Source: Eutreptiella sp. 'Long Island Sound 2002'
Lineage: Eukaryota > Protista > Euglenida
NCBI GenBank assembly: GCA_964036045.1
Contig: OZ038379.1
Span: 12,152,001 to 12,216,000 of the forward strand
Direction of reading: 5' to 3'
Length of the DNA: 64,000 nucleotides
Numbering within the stretch: position 1 is the stretch's first letter; each line of letters begins with the position of its first letter. The notes under the pieces are model-generated. The model had not been told where the DNA came from and did no database searches. It was given only the letters and a program-made list of their open reading frames with translations. Shown here piece after piece: positions 37,540 through 51,926 of this stretch. The position numbers and the translations under genes are program-made.

Positions 37540-39374
37540 ATAGTGTGTTGGACCTTCCTGTCTTAGGTCCCACTACTTCATACAGAACTTCTACGACATT
37601 GTTGACAACGGTGTTGTCCTCAACATCTACGCCAGTCATGGAATACTCCTCAATGCCATTTGTCCACCCTTCCCACAGCCCTCGTCTGCCATGCTGCTTG
37701 CTGCGTGCCGGGCCTGCCGAGCCCCCTCCCGCTGAACTAGCGCCGTCCTTTCGGCGCTTTCCTGCTGCTCTACATAGCGTCGTATCAAGTGCCCATGCAG
37801 GTTGTGCCACTCCAACGCCAACTTAATGTCCTCTGCCGCCCAACGCGGTTGCATAGCCACCCAACGCGGTTGCATAGCCACAAAAGGATGTGGCGGGAAC
37901 CGGGATGGCGCCGTCCAGACATAGGCACCCCGGAGCGTGTGCCAAGTGCCTGTGGCGTATGCCTTTGCCTCCCCAATCACATTTTGGGGAATGCCCTCCT
38001 CCACCGCCGCTTGCCGGCTTGGCACCACCTACCTACCAGCCCGCTTGTTGCTGCTATGGGCGGGCTGCAGTGCCCCGCCTCCGCTAGGCAGCCGGTCGCA
38101 TCCCGCAGCCCGTTGATTTGCTTCTCAGCTGCCGCCCGTGCTCACCGCTGTGCGCCCCATTGTTCCGCAGATGGGGGCCACCAACCTACGATGAGCCGTC
38201 TGCTCTCGTTCTCTGGTTGCCGTGGCCCTGAGGGGGAATGTTTGCCCGGTGTGCACTTGGCGCGCTACTTTTCTATTAACTATCCCGACTTCAGCCCCAG
38301 ATTTACCCTCTCATGGAGAAGCCCCCCAAGTAGACCATGTTGCACTGCACACCTTCCCTACAAAGCACATTGCATAATAAAGCAATATCTGTGAATTCAA
38401 CAACTCCAACTGTCATCTGTATTGTACTTAACGAACAACATTGGTCCCACAAGTGTGGGTGTCAATGCATTCAGTACAATAGTGCTCCTTACACTCATCA
38501 CAAACTGCGACGGTGGAGTGCTTCTGGCAACACAACACACACCCTTCTGCCTCATCCTCTGCCTCATCTTGCGTGGCGGCCGAGTTGCTTTCCAAACATG
38601 AGGCAGGACATGCTCCCATGGTCCATAGGGGGGGTGACAAAAGCGTAACAAAGATTGTCCCGGTTTCCTCAATAGCACCGGAAGGTTGGGGTCCAAAAGA
38701 GGGCGGAAATGCTACGTCACCCCTTCATTCTCGGGGGTCCCCAACAAAGGGGACAAAATCAGAAAACAAAGCCTATGCCAGGGGTCACCATGATGCTCCC
38801 AGTATCTCAAAGTATGGGTCTCTAGTACAGCCAGACGCCCAAATAGTTGCACTGCGCTAAGTGCGCCCCCTTAGTGCACCCCCTAGAAGGCCACCGGTGG
38901 GGCACGGGTCACAAAAGATGCCCGGCGCGCGCCCAGCGCACTAACGTTCCCCCTTGGGTCCACAATCTCTGCTCCCAGCTCCTTCACAACTTGCAGCTGC
39001 TTCACAACTTGCAGGAGCTCCTTGTTGTTGCGCCCCGGCGCTACATACGCCTGCTGCTCGCCGGTGGCGGGCATGGGCAGGTCCGCGGCACCTTGCCCAT
39101 GCGCCCAGTTGCTGCGACGCCCCCGTGGCGCGCTCGGCGGGCTGGGCCCGTCGCCTTTGGGGCCAGTACGTTTCCTACGAGTGCGATGACCGGGTCGATG
39201 AACCCCGGTATCCACAGAGCCTACCGTAGGGGTTGCAGCGGGTTGTCGGGGGGCACGGACGCGGAGGCCCCGCCTGTTGAGGGCGCGGCCATAAGTGAGG
39301 CTCAGGCGCGGTGTGTGCGCTTTATGGGAAGGCATGTTTCTGCTCTCTGTCGAGTGCAGTGCCACCACCACCAT
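37540..39374 (-). mobile_element. Decayed coding-like region, possibly a retroelement ORF1 remnant
   Basis: ORF 38883-39374 starts MPSHKAHTPRL, and ORF 37636-38028 carries a 21-bp internal duplication (AMQPRW x2). No diagnostic motif was found. Confidence 0.25.
38690..38830 (+). repeat. Copy of the ~55-60-bp satellite family
   Basis: ggcggaaatgctacgtcacccc...ggggtccccaacaaaggggacaaaatcag is nearly identical to units at 51680-51850. Confidence 0.8.
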
Positions 39375-42300
39375 TCAAATTCTATTGCCTTCGGCAGTGC
39401 ACCTCGAAGAGACGCTGACAGTCAGCCAACAGTCAGTTAAACAGGCAAGCAGTCAGTCAGACAGTCAGTTGGGCAAGCAGGCAGGCAGACAGAAACACAC
39501 AGTTTGGGTTTTTTCGGTGGCAGACTCGGATACAAGCAGTGGGGAGAGTAGCAACTGTCAGAACAAGCAACTGGTCAAATGGTAATGCAGCCGACCACAG
39601 ACCTGTAGGCCGACCACTGCCGGCGGCGCCGGCTGACCTGTCAGCTCTGCCCAATCTGTCCCTCGTTCAAACCCTTCTGAGCACAAACTTTTGACCCCTC
39701 TCCCCATCCCCCCCACCCCCCCCTCCAAAAAAAAAGTGATATCCATTTTCAGGGGATAGAGGCCGCAGAATCAAAAAACCCATTGGGGGATCGTCTTATT
39801 GGGCAAAATAATGATTTTACAAGGGGTTGGACATCAAATATCATGCCTTGAGGTATGCTACGCGAATGACCCCCCAAAAGGGGGGTACAACGCCCGCGCC
39901 TGCGCTTGATCTAACAACCTCTCTTCAAGCTGATTTACAGAACACGTGCAGGTGCAGAAAAAAAACACCTCCGAAAGTTGCAGAAACGACACCTCCTGTT
40001 GTTCTGGCAGGGTGTTGTTCTCACAAGGGGGAGGTAGAAGGGTGAGGTTCGTGGACTTGGGACAAATGTGTTGCTGTTACTGTCAGGGTAGCGGTATGGC
40101 ACGTCATCCTTCCTTGCGACCCTTGGCAATTTTCACGGTGCAATCAAGAGAGGGACAAAAACAGCGCCAGAGCACACACTCACATGAGGCGAGTTTGTGG
40201 GCCAGCACAACAAAATGCCTCAGGCTGGTGCAGTAGTCTCAACATGACAGGCAACGTCCCACAACGCATGCACAGCACGCTCCTTCATGCTGATGGGCAG
40301 TTCACTGACGTGGAAACCTCTTCTGGCTCCTTCACTCGGCAGTGTGTGGGCCTTGAGTGCCGATTTGATCGGTCTTTGCATACTCAGGCACATCCAGGCT
40401 AAGTCCAGAGGTGTAGGCAGTGAAATGGGTGAAGAGGGCTGCACTGTCCACAGATGTCCACAGATATGACGGATGTTGTGGGCAAAAATTTTAGGGGCTC
40501 TCTCCTTTCCAAACGTCCGATTCTTTGCTGCCGCTCGTGCTGCAGACTGCTGTCTTGACACACACCCTCATTCATTGGTAGAAGCACAACAAATGTGAAC
40601 CTGCACCTCTGCTCAACACCCACTCCCCATTGCGCAAGCACAGCAAAAATCAGGCAAAACAACGGTCAGAGGGGGCAGCCATGCTGAGACAAAAGCCATA
40701 CTTGCGTGAGGCATGATTAATTCAGTGAAACACGCAAGTTCAATCAGAGTGCTCCATTGGCTATTGTGCAGGGGGGGAGGGGGATGGGGGGGGTGTTTGC
40801 GTTCAATGTTTCTCAGCGGAAAACACAAACTGTGTGCTGTGCATCTTAGCAACAAATAACCAGCAAAACCCCGGTGTGCAACCATGCACGACCTGTAATG
40901 TGCCAGGAAACATCGTTGGGGGGCGGGGGGGGGGGGGGGCATGTTTCAGAGCATGCAGGTACAGAATGACGATATAGAGTGACAGTATAGAGTAACAGTA
41001 TACAGCGACGGTAGAGAGTGACGGTGTAGAGTGACAGGAAAGGGTGATGGTATAGGGTGACAACATCGAGTGATGGTGCAGAGCACTGCCCTTCAATTTG
41101 AGTGTGAATAGGTTCCTCCTCTGCCTGATACTTCAGTCAGATCACCTTCCCTTAAGAGGCCCTTCCGCCTCTCCCTTCGGTTTTACCTGTTGCAAAACCA
41201 TGCCCAACCTCTGTGCCTGACTGAAATGAAAGCAGCGGAAATGAATGGTCGAGTACATGCATCCAGGCACCACACACCATAGCAAAGTGCTGTGATGGGG
41301 TCCCTGAGCACTCGTCCCGAACTAGGCCTGGAAGCACCTATTGCGCATGCCTGTTAGAGGAGCACAGAGCAGTGCCAAGGAAAACCTTGTGCTCTGCAGC
41401 CCACGTACCCATGCACCGAGTGAGTGTGTGAGAGCTGCATGTGTGTGCATGTTCTTGACAAGCCTTCGGCACTGCAACAGGCAGCCCATCAACACTTCCT
41501 GGGAGTTCAGGCAGTTGGGAGTCTGCCTGCCCAGTGCTGGTCCAGGGCCCGGTCTGTAGCACAGCACCACCATTGTGTTGATGAGGGAAGCGAGGTATGC
41601 ATGTTGGCCAGCACTGCACATCTGCACATTCTTCCCCTTCCGCATTGCGCGCACACTGTGCACACACCGTGTGCTGTTGGAGTCAAAACCTGGGCCAACA
41701 GTCTCCCTTCAGAGCCCCACAACATGATGCCGCTTGGAGGCTTCTGAAAAGTGCTATTTGCACATTGCAACCGGCCCAAGGAAGGCCTCTTTGTTCCCTT
41801 GTGTCTTGTACTGTGTCCTTGCCCCCTCCAGCCGGTGACTATGATGTCCCATGTAATTTACACATGGTGCAACTCCAAGGAATCCAAAAGTGTACCAAAA
41901 AATCCACAAACATCCAAAAAAAGTAAAAAAAAGTTTGAAACAAGCAAAACAAGCAAAAAACGTCTTCCATCACTGCACACATGATCTGGCATTCTGACGT
42001 CTATGATCAGCATGCAGAATGACAGGGGTCTTCACTCCTAAGACCCCTGTCATAGGAGTGAAGCCTTGGCCTGTGGACGGTGATTACAATCCCACAAGAC
42101 TTGGTAGTGCACTGTAGTTTTCATAGTATGTTTCTGGGTGGAGGGTTTTCGCTGCATCACCATTGTCCTGGTTCCTGTGTTGCATAAACTCGGTGTATGC
42201 ACTGTGCGCGCACTGTGCCTGAGACTCTCTTTTGGGTGGAAACTCCGTCAGTGGAGTTGGTTCCAACCACGTTCATGCGCTTCAACGCCCGTGGGATATT

Positions 42301-42938
42301 GCATTGCGCACGTTCTTTGTGCTTGATCAATCCGGCACAAAGTCAGTTCATGCGCGTTTAATCAACACAGAACATGCATGGCTCCACAACCTGCGGATGG
42401 CCGAAACGTGTTCGACACCATCCAAAGGGTCCCTGGGTGTACCGCAGGGTGTACCGAAAGTGGCCAGAAGACTCAGCTTCGGTTAAAACTGACCACCCAC
42501 AAATGCGCACTCCCAGGCAACACTGTCCCCGTTTGACCGGACAGGGACAGATGGAGCTCAAGATATCTTTGCATGCCGCCCTGTCCTTCCTATGCCTCCC
42601 CGCCCCCCCTCCCCGCCCCTTTTTGCACACGATGTGACAACTCAATGGAGTCAATACGCCCATGAGGAACCCTTCACTCATGTGCCAAGCAGTATGGCAT
42701 ACTTTTCTGTGCTGCAAAATGGTAAAATCCAGAGTTCCTGTATCTCCTCAAATGGTTTGGACAGGACGTGGAGACTTCCAAACAATGGCAGTGAGATGGA
42801 GCGTCATCGTGAATATCACACCAAAAATCGTTTCATGATCGAGCTATGCAAGCCCCCCCCCCTTGAACGCCCATGGCCCACAGCCTGTTATGCTGCAAAG
42901 CACACGTGCATAACGGACTAGTACGAAGACATCATGGC

Positions 42939-42964
42939 GTGTGTGTGTGTGTGTGTGTGTGTGT
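42939..42964 (+). repeat. (GT)n microsatellite
   Basis: Direct reading. Confidence 0.95.
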
Positions 42965-44086
42965 GGGCCTGGGGCTTGCACAAGGCCATTTATATCGTCC
43001 AAAGCAATATAGTTGTGGTGTTGCACGTCGGCGTCATTCCAACTCAAGCCTTCCGTTGTTAACGCCCAGAAAGTGTCCCGCCGCGGTGGGCAAAAGATCC
43101 TGGCCGTGGCGAGCTGAAAGGTACCAGGATCACAAAACCAGGGATTAGAAGACAGAAGCAGACTTGCCACCAGCGTGCTACCTTCGACATGATCAGAATG
43201 AGCTGCTTCATACTCAGCTATGGGCTTGACGCGAGACCCCGTTCTGAGCGAGCAAGCAGCAACTATGAAGCGAAATGCACACGCTGCACAAGACAACCCA
43301 CCAATCCGTCGATCTCCGCAAACATTGTTCGCAGCCACTTGCGCCCCTTTCGCCACCGGAGATTCCCACCGGTCCAACCATCTCAGAGTCAACAGCATGA
43401 GGAACGTGACTCTGTACCCACTTGCGTTTACCATTTTGCCTGGGATTGCCCGGGAGCCAATTCAAGTACCTGCTGGGGCATTTGGATGCAAGTGAGGCGG
43501 GACCCTGCGCAAAAGGCATGTTCTCAGCTGCTCTCTCGTGAGACGTGGTGGTGCAATTCACCCCTGTCAAGCACCCCTGTCAAGTTGAACAAAATCAAAG
43601 GAAACGCCAGCTCCCCAATTTCGCAAGCAAGGTGCAGTCCCCGGGGGATGCAGTGCAAGGACAAGGTCGTGCTTGGGCACTGAGGAAGCAGGAAAAGCAG
43701 CGTGCACGGCGCGCACTCAACCGAAGCAATGATTGCCACCGCCCAAGCACCGACACAACCGAACCACTTCTTTCGAAAACGAGTACAAGCGCCTGCCAAG
43801 GAGGGGGGTTTTTTACTGTTGCTGAAGCCAGCACTGAGTCTTCCATAAGGTCACCTGCGACGGAGGCAGGGATTGGTGTGTGGGGAAGGCACGAGGGGTG
43901 CCGCTCGCAGACACCAGACGGAGGGTGAAATATGGGCGCTGCCCGAATCCGGACGGGGGAGCAGAGCGGCTTGCAGGCCGGGGTTTGGGGGGCTCGAGGG
44001 GTCTAATTCGTCCGGCCGACGGGATTGAGGGGGGTGGGGGGGCACGAGACTGCCGGACGACAGGGCGCTGAGAGAAATCTGGGTGC

Positions 44087-44460
44087 TTACACATGCTGCA
44101 AATAGAAGAAGATGGGAAATTGAACGCCCGCAACGAAGTATAGGAAAAGCATATGCTGCTGGCTACCGCTCCCTTGCCAATACAATTTGAGTGTGTGCAA
44201 CAGGAAATACCCATGGAAGGCCGCGAACATCACCCAGAAACACACGTACATCCACCGCAGCAGGGCAATGCGCGTGAGGAGGATGACGCTGACATGGAAG
44301 AACTTATATGAAATAAAGCATAACAAATCAAGAGAGTACACTGGTCTGGGCACGGAGAGCACGGAGAACCCGAGCCGCAGCAGCAACATCTCCGTCAATG
44401 TCAGCACCATTGATGACGATCCCGTCGCAATCAACACCTCAGGAGAAAAATTCACTCCAC
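44087..44460 (-). CDS. YIF1: YIF1 (ER-Golgi transport membrane protein), exon 2
   Basis: Acceptor cctgccctctgcag|, phase 1. GVNFSPEVLIATGSS...LDLLCFISYKFFHV...YFLLHTL...QFPIFFYLQHV-TAA matches the YIF1 C-terminal transmembrane region. Confidence 0.9.
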
Positions 44461-44529
44461 CTGCAGAGGGCAGGAGGATGTTGTGCGTGATGAAGTCGCA
44501 GTGTACAAGGGTAGGGTTGTATAGCATGT

Positions 44530-44670
44530 AGAGTGCGTAGTGTGTAGTATAGTATGTGTAGTATGTAGAGTGTGTAATGCGTGGAATGTGGAAGAGTAAA
44601 GTATGTGTAGGATATAGTGTGTAGTGTGTAGTGTGTAGTGTGTAGTGCATGGTGTAGTATGTATAGGGCA
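44530..44670 (+). repeat. Intronic (GTGTAGT)n-like microsatellite region
   Basis: Perfect gtgtagt units at ~44617-44646 with degenerate flanks. Confidence 0.8.
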
Positions 44671-45576
44671 GGTATAGATGTGATAGACGTGTGAGATCAT
44701 ATCATATGGAGCGCAGGGGTGCAGAGGGTACAGCGGGGCAGGAGTACAGAGGACATGGGCTGAGGGACATTTGTTTGTTGCGCTGGGAACGTGTTAGATC
44801 CGCAACCTGCACCTGTGGGTATTCTGTTTTGTGGCAAAATGAGAACGTATCTGGGTGGCATGGCGATGGGGGTCTGAGGGGGAGGAGTTGGAGGAGGATT
44901 AGTGGCCAGAGGTCCCCTCGGTCACGGCCAAGTGAACGGTTCCCCAACCCCTCAATACTCCCCCTCACACTTACTGACTTGCACAAAAGCAGAGTAAACC
45001 CTGTTTCCCACACTCTGTCTGTGAAAACAAGAATGAAACCCAGTCCTCAAGGTGCTGCATTGCAGGTTCACACTTCTCTCTGCATGTGCATTGCCAATGC
45101 TTGGATTTCCGGGGCGAAAGAGGTCTGGCTGCAACACGACCTCCGCCCTCCGTTCCAATGTCGTTGACCCCGGCACCCCCCCCCCCGTTAGCAGACCGCG
45201 TCTACTTGGGGCAGACCGCGTCTACAGACTATTCACCGCCTTCTCGTGTGCACGGGTAAATGCCCCCCGCCCCCCCCTACGCCCACCCGTACCCCCCCTA
45301 GCCCCCCCCCACCCCCCCCCTCGCCGCACCCCTCCTCGTACCCCACCCCGTACCCCCCTCCCGTACCTCCAGGGTATGGGGGGGGGGGGGGGCAACCTCG
45401 TGCCATATATGTGATTCTGGTGGGAAAAAAAAAGATGATGAAAAGCCCCAAAAAGTTCAGGGTACAGGAGGTCAGGGCACGGGTTCAGCAATCGAACACC
45501 GTGCAGAGGCCTGGAGGGCATGTGAACAGAGGAAAAGGGCATGGAGTGTAGGGGCGCACAAGGTGGAGAAAGAAAC

Positions 45577-46234
45577 CAATGCCCGTAATGAAGCCAACAA
45601 GCAAAATGTACGTGATGAAGGCCATCAGTGGGATATACATGTCCGGGGCATTGATATCGTCGACTGCCGTCAAATAATTATAATTGGTCGTTGGTGCCAT
45701 GCCCGGTGTCTCAAACCGGTGCCCGGCATCCACTTCGCGCCTGCGGTACTTGTGTCGCAGCGGGAACATCAGCAGCTTCAGCTTATTCTTCACGTAGCTG
45801 TTGTTGACGGTGAAGTAGTAATGCAGCCCTTGAAGCCAGAAAAGGTAGCGGGAAAAATTGGCTTGTGTCTTTTGCAGCACCTTGCTGCCGTACTGCATCC
45901 CGAAATTCATCATCATATCATTGCCGAAATTGTTGCCGCCCATACCGTAGCCGGCAGGTGGGGCTTGAGCGGGTGGTTGGTATCCAGAATTGTATTGCAT
46001 GCCATAGTTTGGATTGTAGTTCATGTTCGGATCTTGTCCATAGCCAGGAGGAGCCCCACTTTGTGGTCCATATTGCTGTCCGGGATAGTCTTGCCCAAAG
46101 GGGCCACCGAATTGGGGAGGCTGCTGGTGGTGGTGGTAGTGTTGGTGGTGGTGGTGGTGGTGGTGGAAGTCTGCGTCGTTGTGGGGGTCTTGAGGCATGC
46201 CTTGCTGTGCGCGGAACCGGAGCTCGCCGTCCAT
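45577..46234 (-). CDS. YIF1: YIF1 exon 1 (His/Gln/Pro-rich N-terminus and conserved core)
   Basis: LHYYFTVNNSYVKNKLKLLMFPLRH and DDINAPDMYIPLMAFITYILL are diagnostic YIF1 motifs. The donor attg|gtttct is phase 1. With exon 2 the CDS is 1032 nt (343 aa plus stop). The start ATG is inferred. Confidence 0.92.
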
Positions 46235-49200
46235 ATCAAGCGTTTGCAATTGCACAGAAAGTCAGAAAAGCAGAGGTTCTACCCCAATTACACCGTCATC
46301 TCCAGCACGGACAACAAAATGGAGTCAATTGTTGCTTCGGCAGACTACAACTCTCGGGGCACAAAGCTGGTGGATAGATAGGGCAGAGTGCTGCTGCAGA
46401 CTTGGTGAGAAATGCTGAGGCAGAAAGGACAGAATGGTAACCAAAATAAAACCTTCTGGTCTTTGTTGGGGGCAAACTGGCAGTGGTGGTGGGTGGGTGC
46501 CTGGTTATGGTTGGGAGGCAACCAAATAGCAATTGGAAGACAGTTGTGGGGTTCGCATTGCATGCACAGTGGGGGAGTACTTGTGCCACGCACATGCCGC
46601 ACGCTACTTTTGCAGCAAGCACACCTGGACCGTCCGGATTTTTACTCCCTCGCAAAATTACTCCCTCGCAAAATGGCCCCTACGGAGAGCAAACGCTTTG
46701 GCCACAACAATTGTGTAAACATTCCCACAAACAAAGCACAATCAAGAGCCCAATAGCACAATGCAATTGGCACCCACTTCTTTAAAATGGCCCTTGGGCC
46801 GTTGTGGCCCTGTGTGGTCCCAAATAAGTACATCCCCTGAGGTGCCAAATGACAACACAACACCTTTCATTTCGGTGTTGCCAAATGGGTGTGGGTTGGG
46901 GTTAGGTGTGTTTTGACAACGACTTCCAGAAACAGATGTGAGGCTCACTCTGTTGTTGTGGCAAAATTGGATCACAAGGCATTTTACACCATGACAGCAT
47001 GCCTCTGGGTGGGTGTCCACTCCAAATGCCTTCAGGGAGTACTTCAAGGAGGTGATCTGTTGGACAGGGAAGGGTCTGAAGTTGGGAGTGGGTCCAATGC
47101 CAAATTATTTGCGGGTGCAAAACTTCACAAAATAATACTGCAATGTTTCCAGAATTTTGTAGTTGGCTTCCTTGGCTCTGTCTAATGTCACCGCTGTCCA
47201 TACAACATTTTGGGTTTCCTTTGGATTGGACCCTGTGGTTGTTACAGTTTCGCAGTTGTGCAACAAATCAGCCCTTCAGCCTTGTGCAGACATTTTATGG
47301 GTGTGCTCCTGGTTCAGCACTCCATGCGGCTGCGCATTCCACGGACTTATGTTTTGACCTCTTCTGTCAATAGTGGGAAGATGCACATGCACATGTGGGC
47401 GCAAATCATCAAAACTCATTCAGGATTGATGGTGGACCAAATAGCTGTACACCGGCTGCGTTGGCGTGGCAACACTGAGCACAACACATCGAAATTCGTT
47501 GTAATAACAGCTATCCCCCCCCCGGCCAAAAATAAATTTCACTTTATCTTCTATAAACTTTGGTTTCATGCATGCAAGGCCCAAGCACAGTGGTGCACAC
47601 CCATAGATATATAACATTGGGTAGAGACTATATCACGTAGCTGCAGCTGCCGCGGTCCATGGGACCTCATGCAAACAACTCGGGGGCTTACAAGCCCTTG
47701 GGAGGTAAGGAGTTGAATACGTACAAGTCAAGAATCTATGCGCCACGAATCATTAAGGGATGTGATGAGAGCCAAGATCTTTGGCCTTGTCCACATGTTT
47801 CAACTATGGCAACAATAGCACATACTACTAGACAGTTCAGGGAGGCAAGGCAGTTGGGGCTAACCATGCTGCTGGCAAGAAGGTACATACAACCGAATAT
47901 TGGAGGTAGGGCAACAATATTGCTAGGTACGCTCTATGTCAACCAAGGAAATGGATATCCATATGCCGGATGCAGTGGCCCCTTTGTACAGGCAAAACAA
48001 AATCTTGGCCTGGACACCGTTTGTACAGGAACTCAGGGCCAAGCCGCTGGGCCAGATCGCAAGCGCTATGTAGATGGCCAGCAATATGCCATGCTCTTTG
48101 GCCGGCTGAAGGCCGAACTGTTTGCATAAGCAAATCTCGCCCTGGACAACAACCCATTTGTACAGGCAACTCCTAGCCCGGACGTCGGCCCATTTCTACA
48201 AACAAGGGCACAATTGTAGGGCTGAGCTACCAGACTGGATCACCGGCAATATGCCGGACTCTTTGGCCGGCCGAATGCCGGCTTGTTTGTGTGGACATAT
48301 CTCAGCTCAAACGCCGGTCAATTTTTTTTCGACTGTCCAAAACCATCAACAAGTGTTCGAGATCATCCGGCGCTTCACACACATGGTTTGAGACAGTGCA
48401 TTACCGTTCCCTGTTACCTACCTGCCTTCCTCATGGAGAGGAGGCATAAGGCTATGGGTTAGCTTGGCAATGTGCTTGGTGCCCAAAGGGCAGGGAATGG
48501 GACTGCACAAGAGCATAGGGACTGGGACGGCAGAGGACAGCCAGTGGGGCAAGAGCAGGAGTTGGACTGCAGCAGATCAGTGAATGTCAACCACCGTTGA
48601 ACGGAGTGATGTGGCGTGCACCACTAATGTCAGGCGCGGGAACCCCCACCCCAGGGCCCAGCCCTGCCTGTTGGCTAGAAAGGGGTCTCTGTAGCACAAA
48701 GGCAGACACAGGTGGAATATTCGAGTTAACTATCATGTATTGCCGGTGTGCCATTCTAATCTCACTTCATAGCTTGCCAACGTAGGTGGTGTTGGCGGGT
48801 TGTTGGCCTACCAGCACCGGAGAGGCGCCGCAGGCGCCTCGCCGCTTGTGCCGCCGCGTGCAGTTCTCAGGGTATGGTATCTCGTCTCTGGCGTTTGGGG
48901 TTGGTGTTTTCGGCTGTCCGGCGGATCCGGTGGCTCTCCCATTTTGTATGTGGTTCTCAGGCGCTGCGCATGTGAACTAAGTATGTACTGCTTGACAAAC
49001 GCCAAACACCACACACTGGTCAATTTTGTGGTGGCAAGCCACCAATATGCCGTAGGTATTATGCCAAGCAAATGCCACGCCGGCCTATCACCAACATCAT
49101 GCTGTAATCACAGTCATCATGGAACAGGACCCATTCCACTAAGGGCTCGCCCGCAGCTGGATCGGGTAACTCTCGAGCTCTCAAATACATTGGCCATGGG

Positions 49201-49293
49201 TGGTAGCCGTCAGTCATGGGTTCAAGGCGCAGTATTCATCGGTGACGGTGTGAGTAGATGACTGGGTGTCGTGCTACGGATGGTGTTCTGGCT

Positions 49294-50830
49294 CTAAGAT
49301 GGGCTGTGAGCATCTGTGAGACTTGACACTAGGAGACAAAGTGACATTAGAAGGCGTTGTGAAAAGCGGTGCCTGCAGCAGGGCAATATACTCCTCATCC
49401 ACGAGGAGCACACGGGACGCCACTGGCTTGCGCAGCACATCTGGGCTGGGTGGGGATTGTGGCCCTGCCGGTGGCGGGGTGAGATGGATGTAATGTAGAA
49501 GGGGTGCATGCGGCGACCCCGCTCTGCTGACCTGTCTGATTGCTCATTACAAGGGATGCCCCGGTGCCACGGGGGCCACGCCCACCAAATGAGGTGGGGG
49601 GTCAAATCTATACCTGCAATAGTGCTTCCCATAGCATGGAGTTAGGTACGGGCTATTGAGGCCCACACCAACCATTGCGTCGCCACTTATATGCCTCCCC
49701 ATGTACTCTATTGAGGGCATACTTAGAGTCCCCAAAAATCACAGTGTGTTGGGTCACTTTCAGGACTACTGCAATAGCACCCTCGAGTTCGCCGCTGTTA
49801 TAGGTTTGGCGTTCATCTTCTTCCAGGTGGGTTTCAAATTCCCAGTTGCCCGGGCACCACCCCGCCCCCACATATCCACTTTTTTCATATCGCTTGGATG
49901 ACCCACCGAGAAAAAAAAGGTGTGTGCGACCCCTCCAAGATGTGGGTGTGGACTAGAGATTTCACTTGTTCCACCACTGAGGCCTTGTGAGCCTATGGTT
50001 TCTACTTTTTAACATGGGTTGATGTGTTTGGCATGATGTTGGGGTTATATTGCCGCCAGTTGCTATGACGTTTGGGAACCGTCCCTTCTTTCAGGAAAAA
50101 GAGCAAGGCTCCATGAAATTCTCGTAGAGCTTTACTATGGTGTTGCAAAGGCACCCACCATATCGCCACGCTAATTTCCTCCGCCCACTTTGTAACGAAT
50201 TTGTCAATGTCAGGCCCTAGTGACGCATCAGACGCCCCAGTGCGCTTTGCGCACACACGAGAGCACCAAACCGGGCGTTGTTCGAAGTGCTTGCGCGATA
50301 GGTAGCTGCACCCAGGGCCCTGTTTTGCCCCGGATACGCCCCTCCCCAAAGCACGAATGCATAGCTTGCTGAACATGCTTGAAAAACTTGCACTATTTGA
50401 GGGCATGCCTCACCGTTTCCTCTTTTCCGCATAGGGGGCGGTCTTTGGTTTGTAACCAGGGGAAGAGGCGGACCCTAACCCTTAGTTACAACATGCTCTA
50501 ATAAATGAAATCCCGTAACACGTAAGGAGGGAGGCAACGGGGCGCTCCACAACAAAGATCATGTGTTTGGCTCCGTTACATGTTTGGATGGAGCCACAAG
50601 GGCCAAGGAGTGGGCTTTGGCCCATGTTCCCGCCCACACCGACGGCACAGACCAATCATTGAGCGGGAGTCCCTGGTAGGCACAAAACCTGCTGAGTAAA
50701 TAGTCCAACACGAAGGCGGGAGATGTTTGATGAGTCCATGGTGGGGTTGGCCCGCTTGATTAAAGAGGTGCTTTACTCTGTGTACTCCTGCACGAATCAA
50801 GATCGAATTGATGTGTGTGACCATATTTAT
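49294..50830 (-). mobile_element. Decayed 3' part of a non-LTR retrotransposon: RT-associated zinc finger followed by RNase H
   Basis: Minus-strand fragments include (R)PLCGKEETVRHALK*CKFF (zf-RVT-like), VIFGDSKYAL and IWWAWPPWHRGIPCNEQSDRSAERGRRMHP (RNase H motifs). There are many stops and frameshifts. Confidence 0.7.
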
Positions 50831-51607
50831 TGGTCATAGTGGGGCTTCCATCAAGGGGGGGGGGGGGGGCGTACCATCGGGCCATACGCCGACTCCCTCC
50901 CACTTTCCAGCCAATTTCAGGGGGGGCGGGTCGGGGGGGGGGGGGGGGGGTCTGGGGCCGGCTGAAGGGGAGGGGGGCACCCGGACCCCAACATATATGG
51001 CTTAAAAAGACCCCCTCATCGCCCTAGACATTTTTCTGGAATGTATGTGGGCAAGAAAAATTGCTAGGGGGGTGCAATCATCATTCAAACTGCAACTGTT
51101 CTTGTGTTCGAGAGGATATGCTATGGACAATCTAGATGAAGCACAACGTATTCATCCGTCATAAAGCTACATCCATATCTACAATCAAACGGCAACATTC
51201 GTGCGTGTTCACCTGATGACTTATATATCGGCAAAGTTGCCTGCATGCGACATACTGTGTGTCTTACCTCCCACTGCTACCGTGATCAAGCACTCCTTCG
51301 GCTCTCAGTTGCTGTGGTAGTCCTATGGTGTGTTCTGCCGTGTGTCTGTGTGTTCAATTGCTGTTGCTGTGTCAAAATTGCTGGGGGGGGGGGGGGGGGG
51401 CATGGTAGGTGGTACTTGTGTTTAAGGGCATAGCACCCCCGAGTCAATTTCCGGCCACTGTTGCCAGTGGCGCCCCACCCAGGCCAAACCATGCATGTTG
51501 TGAAGAAGGAGTTCATGTATGTTTCGAAACCCTTTGGAGGAGAGGGGGGGGGGGTTTGCAACGTGCGCAATATATTTTTTTTAAAAAAAGTTCTCTCCGC
51601 GCACTAC

Positions 51608-51850
51608 GTGCCCACTACATCACCCCTGCATCCTCGGGGGTCCCCAACAAAGGGGACAAATCAAAGCGGGCCCAAAAAAGGGCGGAAATGCTACATCACC
51701 CCTGCATTCTCGGGGGATCCCCAAACAAATGGGGACAAAATCAGAAATGGCTGCCTAAACCCTGCCTACTGGGGGGCCCACAAGTGGGCAGAAATGCTAC
51801 GTCACCCCTGCTTTCTCGGGGATCCCCAACAAAGGGGACAAAATCAAAGC
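51608..51850 (+). repeat. ~55-60-bp satellite family, best-preserved copies
   Basis: ctacatcacccctgca.tctcgggg.tccccaacaaaggggacaaaatca recurs about 4 times. Confidence 0.85.
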
Positions 51851-51926
51851 ACTAAAAAAACAAAAAAAAACAAAAACAAACAATTTCCCATGGTGTCGTT
51901 GATCCTGCCTATGGTCCTATAGACTA

